64,000 nucleotides of DNA from Candidatus Latescibacterota bacterium (GTDB lineage Bacteria > Latescibacterota > UBA2968): assembly GCA_965198115.1 (NCBI GenBank), contig OZ240241.1, forward strand, positions 1,920,001 through 1,984,000. The letters are read 5' to 3'. Numbering within the stretch: the stretch's first letter is position 1; every line of letters begins with the position of its first letter. The translations under genes and the position numbers were made by a program. Under the pieces are notes generated by a model that did not search any database, had not been told where the DNA came from, and saw only the letters and a list, made by a program, of their open reading frames with translations. Below, piece by piece: positions 58,247 to 64,000 of the stretch.

Positions 58247-59442
58247 ATGCGCCTTTTTGTTCTGATCGCGGCCGTTTGTGTATCCGCGTGCGCGGCAACT
58301 CCGTCCCACACGGTCCCCAGGGACCTGGGCCCGTTGCCGTCCCTGGACCGCGTCCCGACCCGGGATCCCAGCGGCCTGCAACAGGCCGCTCTCAGCCACT
58401 ACTCGGGCGGAGACTACGTACGAGCGCTCCGCTTCGCCTACTGGGCAACACAGACGATTCCAACGGACATCCGTCTGCGTCTCCTGCTCGGCATGATCTA
58501 CGACGAAGGCTTCGAGCGGCCCGATCTGGCCCTTCCCGAGTACCGACGGGCGCGCGACCTCAGTCCGCTGCCGGCGCTGACAGATCGTCTCGACGAACGC
58601 ATCCGATATCTGCACAGACGAGAACTGGAAGACAGCTACCTCCGCTCGCTGATCGAGCAGACGAACCCCCCGATCTCCAAAAACTGGCTCGCCGTGTTTC
58701 CCCTCCAAGCTGTCGGCCCGCGCGAACCCGAAGACGGCCTCACCCACGGACTCCTGTCGATGCTGCTGCCGGCGCTCAGGGATCACTCGACATCACTCCA
58801 CGTCGATCCTTTCTCCGCGCCCATCGCGGCCAGGTCTTCGGCGAGGTCCGGGGCCACGACCCCGAGGCTTTTGCGCGGTGGTCGGGAGCGGGTGCCGTAC
58901 TCACGGGGACCCTGTCGGACCTGGGTGACAGAAGAATACGAGTGGTCCTCCGACTGCTCGACTCGAACGGCGAAACCACGTGGATGTCCGAACCGATCGT
59001 CGAGCGCCTCGACGCGGCCGGCGACCTCTACCGAGACCTTCTGGCGTCGGCGAGCGGGGGCCTGGGCATCCCCGTCACTGGGGGGTCAGCGGGCATTTCA
59101 TCTCCCTTGACCCTGTCGCTCTATGCCGAAGCCGTCGTGGATTACGCCGGGGCCCGTGTCTTTGACGCCCACCGAAGCCTCGAAACGGCGCTCGCCTTCG
59201 AACCCGGGAGCCCGGTCCTGATCGAGGCATTCGGGTGGGTCGATCAGGATCTCAAGGGGAGCCAGCACGGTACCTCCCTAGCAGACGCCTATCGCCAGCT
59301 GGTCAAACTGCCCGACGACGATACCGCACTCAGGCGGCGGCTCACCCGGGCACACGGGATGACACGCCCTGCCTCGGGAGCTTCGCTCGGAAAAGAATCG
59401 ATCGATCCTTACAAACGGCCCCGGCCGGAGGTGGGTCCGTGA
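58247..59442 (+). pseudogene. TPR-containing lipoprotein with a TolB-N/CsgG-like domain, frameshifted near 58820
   Basis: Lipobox VSAC, TPR-like helices, LAVFPL...; AVLTGTL...IRVVLRLLD is in a second frame. Confidence 0.6.
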
Positions 59443-60555
59443 GACGGCTTCTCCTGCCTTTCGTGCTGGTTTGCCTCGCAGCCCCCTCGCGGGTCTGCGC
59501 TCGATCACCCCCCTGTCCAGGCCGACGCCGGGAGCTTTTTCCATCAGGTGGTCCTCGTCGACGTCGACTCCACGCGAACGCGTTATCGGCAGGCGGTCTC
59601 CCCGGTCGAGGTGCGCACACCCCTCCTCCGTGGCACGATCGCTCTGTCGAGTGCGTTCATGTACTTCGAGCAGGATGTCGACGAACAAACGACCGATGTC
59701 TGGGGAGCGCTCGACACGGAGGTAAGCGGCGACTGGAATCTGGGGTTCGCGAGGGTGACTGGATTCGTCGTCCTTCCGACTGGAAAAGGAGGACTCGACA
59801 CCGCCGACTCGACGCTGGTTGGCGCACTCTACAGGAACGACCTCAATTTTCCCGTGCGCGCCTTCGGCCAGGGCTTCGACTTCGGCGCTGCCGCAACGGC
59901 CGCCCACCAGCGCGGTCACCTCGGAGCCAGTCTCGGATTCGCCTACACGGCACGAGGGGCCTACGAACCCTTCGCGTCGGGTCGGGACTACCATCCCGGC
60001 GACGAGGCGACCTTCTCCGCCGGGCTGAGCTACAGCGACGCCGCGTGGACCGTGAGCGCCGACGTGGCGGGGACCTTTTTGTTCACAGACAGGTTGGACG
60101 GGCTCGTCATCTTCCAAAACGGCAAACAGGTGGTCAGTAGCGCGGCGTTTCTCTACGAAACCCGTCGGTTTCAGGCGATGCTCGAAGCCACCGAAATCTT
60201 TCGGTTCAAGGATCGTCGGCTGGGCCTGACTGGAACGTCATCGGGGCTGCTCCTGTTCGGCCAACGGAACCGAAACGACTTCCGAGCCTCGGGACAGCTG
60301 GTTTGGCGCCCCTCACCTACCCTATCCATCACCGGGTCGAGCGATGTCAAGATGATCGCTGACACGAAGGACGCCGACGGCAACATCCTGCAGCCATCCG
60401 CAAGACTCTACGGATACGGTGGTGGGGTTTCTTACCAGATCGGCCGAACAGAACATCTCGACCTGGCTGTCACGCGCTACGATGGTTGGGTCGAAGGAGG
60501 TTTACGGGACCTGGAGGGCTGGAACGCACGCGTCAACGTCCGTCTTCTTTTCTAA
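59439..60555 (+). pseudogene. Putative outer-membrane beta-barrel protein, frameshifted shortly after the signal peptide
   Basis: GTGA overlap with the upstream gene; signal peptide in one frame, amphipathic strands ending ...VNVRLLF in another. Confidence 0.55.
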
Positions 60556-60624
60556 TCCGAACAGAAATGAAGCGATCGCCACAGGCCGATGTCTTAGCGG
60601 ACACCGGCCTTCGACGTGTACGGT

Positions 60625-61305
60625 TCAGTCCGAAGCGGGGGGGTCGGGCACGATTCGTCGTCCGCTCACCAGATGTCCGAAGACAAAAGCGAACACCGCC
60701 GTCAGGTAGAAGTGCAACACGGAGAGGACGAGAGGACCCAGGTAGGGAATGCCCACGAGGATGAGAAATGTCATCATCCAGAGCCCGAGGTAAAGGAGAC
60801 ATAGCTGCACGTAGTCGACCCGGACGATGCGACGCAGATCTCGCAAGAGCACGTCCGGCTCGAAAGCCGCCCAGATACGGCGTTCTTCCGCGTAACGTGC
60901 GTAGACCACGGGGGAGAGCGCGTTGAAGACGGCCAGGCTGAACAGCCCGATGGCGAGAACTCTTTGGGGTTCGTCAAAACGTCCAGCGCCCGCGATGGCC
61001 AGGACCGCCACGGCCGCGAAGGCGATCAGCACCAGATAGCCGAGCGTGATGGCGAACAGCCTCAGTCCGACCGACCAGTAGGTCCGCCATCCCGTCCAGC
61101 CAGGAAGCGTCAGCGCGGGTGCGCGATTCAGTCCATCGATGAAGATCCGGTAGAGGTAACCCCACGCAGCGAAGTTCACGACTGGAATGATGCTCAGCAG
61201 GCCACCGACCACGATGCGCATACGGGCGCCCGGTTCCCGTGCGGGCACCCGCATCGTTGCGAGGAGCAGGGCCGCTGTCTGTTGTGGATTGGGTTCCCCG
61301 TCCAC
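60625..61305 (-). CDS. DUF4013-like membrane protein
   Basis: GGLLSIIPVVNF..WGY, LPGW..W. Confidence 0.7.
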   Translation of the reverse strand: MDGEPNPQQTAALLLATMRVPAREPGARMRIVVGGLLSIIPVVNFAAWGYLYRIFIDGLNRAPALTLPGWTGWRTYWSVGLRLFAITLGYLVLIAFAAVAVLAIAGAGRFDEPQRVLAIGLFSLAVFNALSPVVYARYAEERRIWAAFEPDVLLRDLRRIVRVDYVQLCLLYLGLWMMTFLILVGIPYLGPLVLSVLHFYLTAVFAFVFGHLVSGRRIVPDPPASD

Positions 61306-61308
61306 GTC

Positions 61309-62502
61309 TCAGATCGCTTCCAACGCCCGACTCAAGTCGTCGATCAGATCCTCAGCGTCTTCAACCCCGACGGAATATCGGACCAGCTCGTCGTCGATTC
61401 CCATCTCGATTCTGTCCTCCCTCGCCAGCTCATAGTAGGAGATCGTAGACGGGTGTGAGACGATGCTTTCGACTCCACCCAGGCTGGCTCCGATACACGG
61501 AACCTTGAGCGCATCGAGGAACCGGAACGTCCCCTCCAGATCGCTGTCCAGATCGAAACTGACGACGCCACCGAACCCCGTCATCTGTGCTCGTGCGATC
61601 TCATGATGGGGGTGGGAAGGCAGACCGGGATAATAGACGCGTCGAACCTTGCTGCTCTCTTCGAGAAACCGCGCGATGGCCAGTGCCGAAGCGTTCTGCT
61701 GTGCCATCCTCAGAGGGAACGTCTTCAACCCTCGGATCAGGAGGTAGGCACAGTGCGGATCGATGACGCCTCCGAAAATGCCCCGGTAGTCCTTCACCGC
61801 CGAGACGAGCGGTTCGGCGCCCAACACGGCGCCGGCCATCAGGTCGTTGTGCCCCCCCAGATACTTCGTCGCGCTGTGTACGACGAGATCGACGCCGAAC
61901 TCCAGTGGACGTTGGTTCAGCGGCGTGGCAAACGTACTGTCGATGATGACCTTCATCCGATTCGCCCGGGCTACGGCCACCGTCCGTTCCAGGTCTAGTA
62001 CATTCAGGTGCGGGTTGGTCGGAGACTCTGAAACGATAACACGCGTGCTGTCCTGAATGGCCTCCTCAAGGGCGCCATAGTCTCCGGCTGGAACGAAGGT
62101 CGTGGCGACGTCGAACTTATGCAGCACCATCTTGCAAAACTGCTCTGTCTTGCGGTAGCAGTCGTCCATCACGACCGCGTGCTGACCCGACCTCAGCATC
62201 GCGAGCAAGGTCGTGGTCACGGCCGCCATGCCCGTCGAAAACAGGATGGCGGACTCGGCCCCCTCGATGGCCGCGAGTTTTTCCTCGGCAATGCGTTGCG
62301 TCGGGTTGCCGTATCGGCCATAGTCCAACTGACTGTTTCGTCCAGCCACGAAGTCCTCGACTGCCGTCATATTCCGAAACACATAGGTCGAGGTCTGCGC
62401 AATCGGAACGGTCAGGGTGTGGCCCCAGTGCTCGCAGGCCTCTCCTCCGTGGACAGCCCGAGTGGACGTACACGGGGTCTTTACATCTTTTGGGTCGTTC
62501 AT
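61309..62502 (-). CDS. metB: Cystathionine gamma-synthase (Cys/Met PLP-dependent enzyme)
   Basis: [31 protein letters not shown]; SAM riboswitch upstream. Confidence 0.82.
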   Translation of the reverse strand: MNDPKDVKTPCTSTRAVHGGEACEHWGHTLTVPIAQTSTYVFRNMTAVEDFVAGRNSQLDYGRYGNPTQRIAEEKLAAIEGAESAILFSTGMAAVTTTLLAMLRSGQHAVVMDDCYRKTEQFCKMVLHKFDVATTFVPAGDYGALEEAIQDSTRVIVSESPTNPHLNVLDLERTVAVARANRMKVIIDSTFATPLNQRPLEFGVDLVVHSATKYLGGHNDLMAGAVLGAEPLVSAVKDYRGIFGGVIDPHCAYLLIRGLKTFPLRMAQQNASALAIARFLEESSKVRRVYYPGLPSHPHHEIARAQMTGFGGVVSFDLDSDLEGTFRFLDALKVPCIGASLGGVESIVSHPSTISYYELAREDRIEMGIDDELVRYSVGVEDAEDLIDDLSRALEAI

Positions 62503-62517
62503 CGGCTTATCCTCAAC

Positions 62518-62550
62518 AAAAAATCCCCGGGCCGCACACAGGACCAGGGA
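62518..62550 (-). terminator. Terminator-like hairpin in the metB leader
   Basis: TCCCTGG...CCGGGGA followed by T6, directly before the RBS. Confidence 0.6.
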
Positions 62551-62578
62551 CAATATCATCGCGATCGGATCATCGTGG

Positions 62579-62627
62579 CCTTTTAGCGATTCTTTAGAGT
62601 GGCTGCAATATGCCGCAAATCACCACT
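62579..62627 (-). ncRNA. SAM-II (SAM-alpha) riboswitch
   Basis: GUGGUGAUUUG...UUGCAGCCAC..UAAA...CGCUAAAAGG matches the SAM-II pseudoknot pattern and lies upstream of a Met biosynthesis gene. Confidence 0.82.
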
Positions 62628-62653
62628 ATGGACGTTCTACGTCGTGTGGCCAG

Positions 62654-62682
62654 AATCTATCCGTTTGCTCCGGCCGTGTCAA
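62654..62682 (-). promoter_or_regulatory. sigma70 promoter of metB, overlapping the thrC stop codon
   Basis: TTGACA-17 bp-TAGATT. Confidence 0.7.
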
Positions 62683-64000
62683 CCCGGCTGCGAACGTGCC
62701 TCGATACGATCGAGCAACACGCCCCTGACGGCCTCATAGTTCGCCGCCAGTTCGACCGGCACGTTGGCCAGATCCGGCTGAACATCGAAATCGGCAAGTG
62801 CGTCTCGATGGTAGTTGACCTTGAACTCGGTGAACTTGAGGCCGTGCGCCGTCGACAGAACCACGACCTTCTCGTCCCTCTTTATCACGCCCCGGTTCAG
62901 CAATTTGAGCAGAGCCCCGAAGGCGACACCCGTATGAGGACAACAGAAAAGCCCCGTCTGGTCGGCTCGGGCGGCGGCGTCTGCCAGCTCCTGTTCCGTG
63001 ACCTGCTCGACCACACCGTTGAACATCTTCAGGATCTTGACGGCCTTCTCCTGGCTTACAGGGTTGCCGATCTGAATCGCGCTCGCCAGCGTTGCCTTGG
63101 CCTGCACGGTCTCAAGCGTGTCGAAGTTGTTTTGGTAGCTCAAGTAGAGCGGATTCGCATTCGCGCTCTGGGCAACCGCGATTCGGGGCAGGCGATCGAT
63201 CATCCCGAGCTCCCGCATCTCGAGAAACCCCTTTCCCAGGGCGGTGGGGTTCCCCAGGTTCCCACCCGGAACGACGACCCAATCGGGGACCTGCCAATCA
63301 TCTTGTTGTACCAGTTCGATCGCGACGGTCTTCTGCCCCTCGACACGCAGCGAGTTCATCGAGTTGGCAAGGTAGATGTTCTCGTTGGCACAGATCTCCT
63401 TGACGAGCGCCATGCATCCGTCGAAGTCGGTATCGAGGCTCAGGACGAGGGCTCCGTTCGACATCGGTTGCACCAGTTGGGCCGTCGACACTCTGTCCCT
63501 TGGCAGAAAAACAACCGCCTGCATACCCGCAGCTGCGGCATACGCAGCCAGGGCAGCCGACGTGTCTCCACTCGACGCACACGCCACGGCCGGAATCCTC
63601 TGCCCGTCGAACACCATCTGGTTGACCATCGACACGAGCACCGTCATGCCCAGGTCCTTGAAGGACCCCGTGTGGCTGTTTCCACACTGCTTCACCCAAA
63701 GATCGTCGAGACCGAAGGCTTGCCCCAGACGGTCCACCCAGAAGAGATTGCTCCCGCCCTCGAACATGGACACGACATTTTCATCGTCCACGACTGGGCA
63801 AACCAACTCCTTCTTGCCCCAGACTGAACTGCCATACGGCCACTCCGTCCGCATGAACCGTCTGTCGAACAAATCTTTCCACACATCGGCCGGCTGCTGC
63901 TTCAGGGCTTCTAGGTCGTGCTGGACTTCGAGCAGTCCGCCGCACGACGGGCACTCGTAGACCACCTCGGTCAACGGAAAACACCCGCTGCAGCCGCGCG
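62679..64000 (-). CDS. thrC: Threonine synthase (5' end truncated by window edge)
   Basis: [33 protein letters not shown]. Confidence 0.93.
   Translation of the reverse strand, partial: RGCSGCFPLTEVVYECPSCGGLLEVQHDLEALKQQPADVWKDLFDRRFMRTEWPYGSSVWGKKELVCPVVDDENVVSMFEGGSNLFWVDRLGQAFGLDDLWVKQCGNSHTGSFKDLGMTVLVSMVNQMVFDGQRIPAVACASSGDTSAALAAYAAAAGMQAVVFLPRDRVSTAQLVQPMSNGALVLSLDTDFDGCMALVKEICANENIYLANSMNSLRVEGQKTVAIELVQQDDWQVPDWVVVPGGNLGNPTALGKGFLEMRELGMIDRLPRIAVAQSANANPLYLSYQNNFDTLETVQAKATLASAIQIGNPVSQEKAVKILKMFNGVVEQVTEQELADAAARADQTGLFCCPHTGVAFGALLKLLNRGVIKRDEKVVVLSTAHGLKFTEFKVNYHRDALADFDVQPDLANVPVELAANYEAVRGVLLDRIEARSQPG

Overview
GC-rich bacterial chromosome segment. The gene content (a DUF6785-type membrane protein, a DUF3604-type protein, the style of the ribosomal proteins) resembles an FCB-group/Latescibacterota-like organism; this is inference. 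The core is a contiguous ~31 kb minus-strand superoperon: tRNA-Tyr/Gly/Thr/Trp, secE, nusG, rplKAJL, rpoBC, rpsLG, fusA, tuf, then the S10, spc and alpha operons, followed by a GHL10 hydrolase and rlmD. The left flank holds catabolic/redox genes, purL, a damaged dapA-like/galE-galT/galK operon and greA. The right flank holds a TIM-barrel isomerase, an interrupted sensor kinase, envelope proteins, metB and thrC. Most notable: (1) an 820-bp transposase-less element with TGT...ACA ends, 45-bp inverted repeats, a 7-bp target duplication and a hairpin-rich interior, inserted in a histidine kinase; (2) a ~105-bp inversion of the ATP-binding motif inside galK; (3) a seamless GalE-GalT fusion; (4) a SAM-II riboswitch followed by a 5-codon uORF and a terminator upstream of a plant-like metB next to a plant-like thrC; (5) a crippled IS630 between fusA and tuf; (6) lesions confined to accessory genes, suggesting ongoing pseudogenization.
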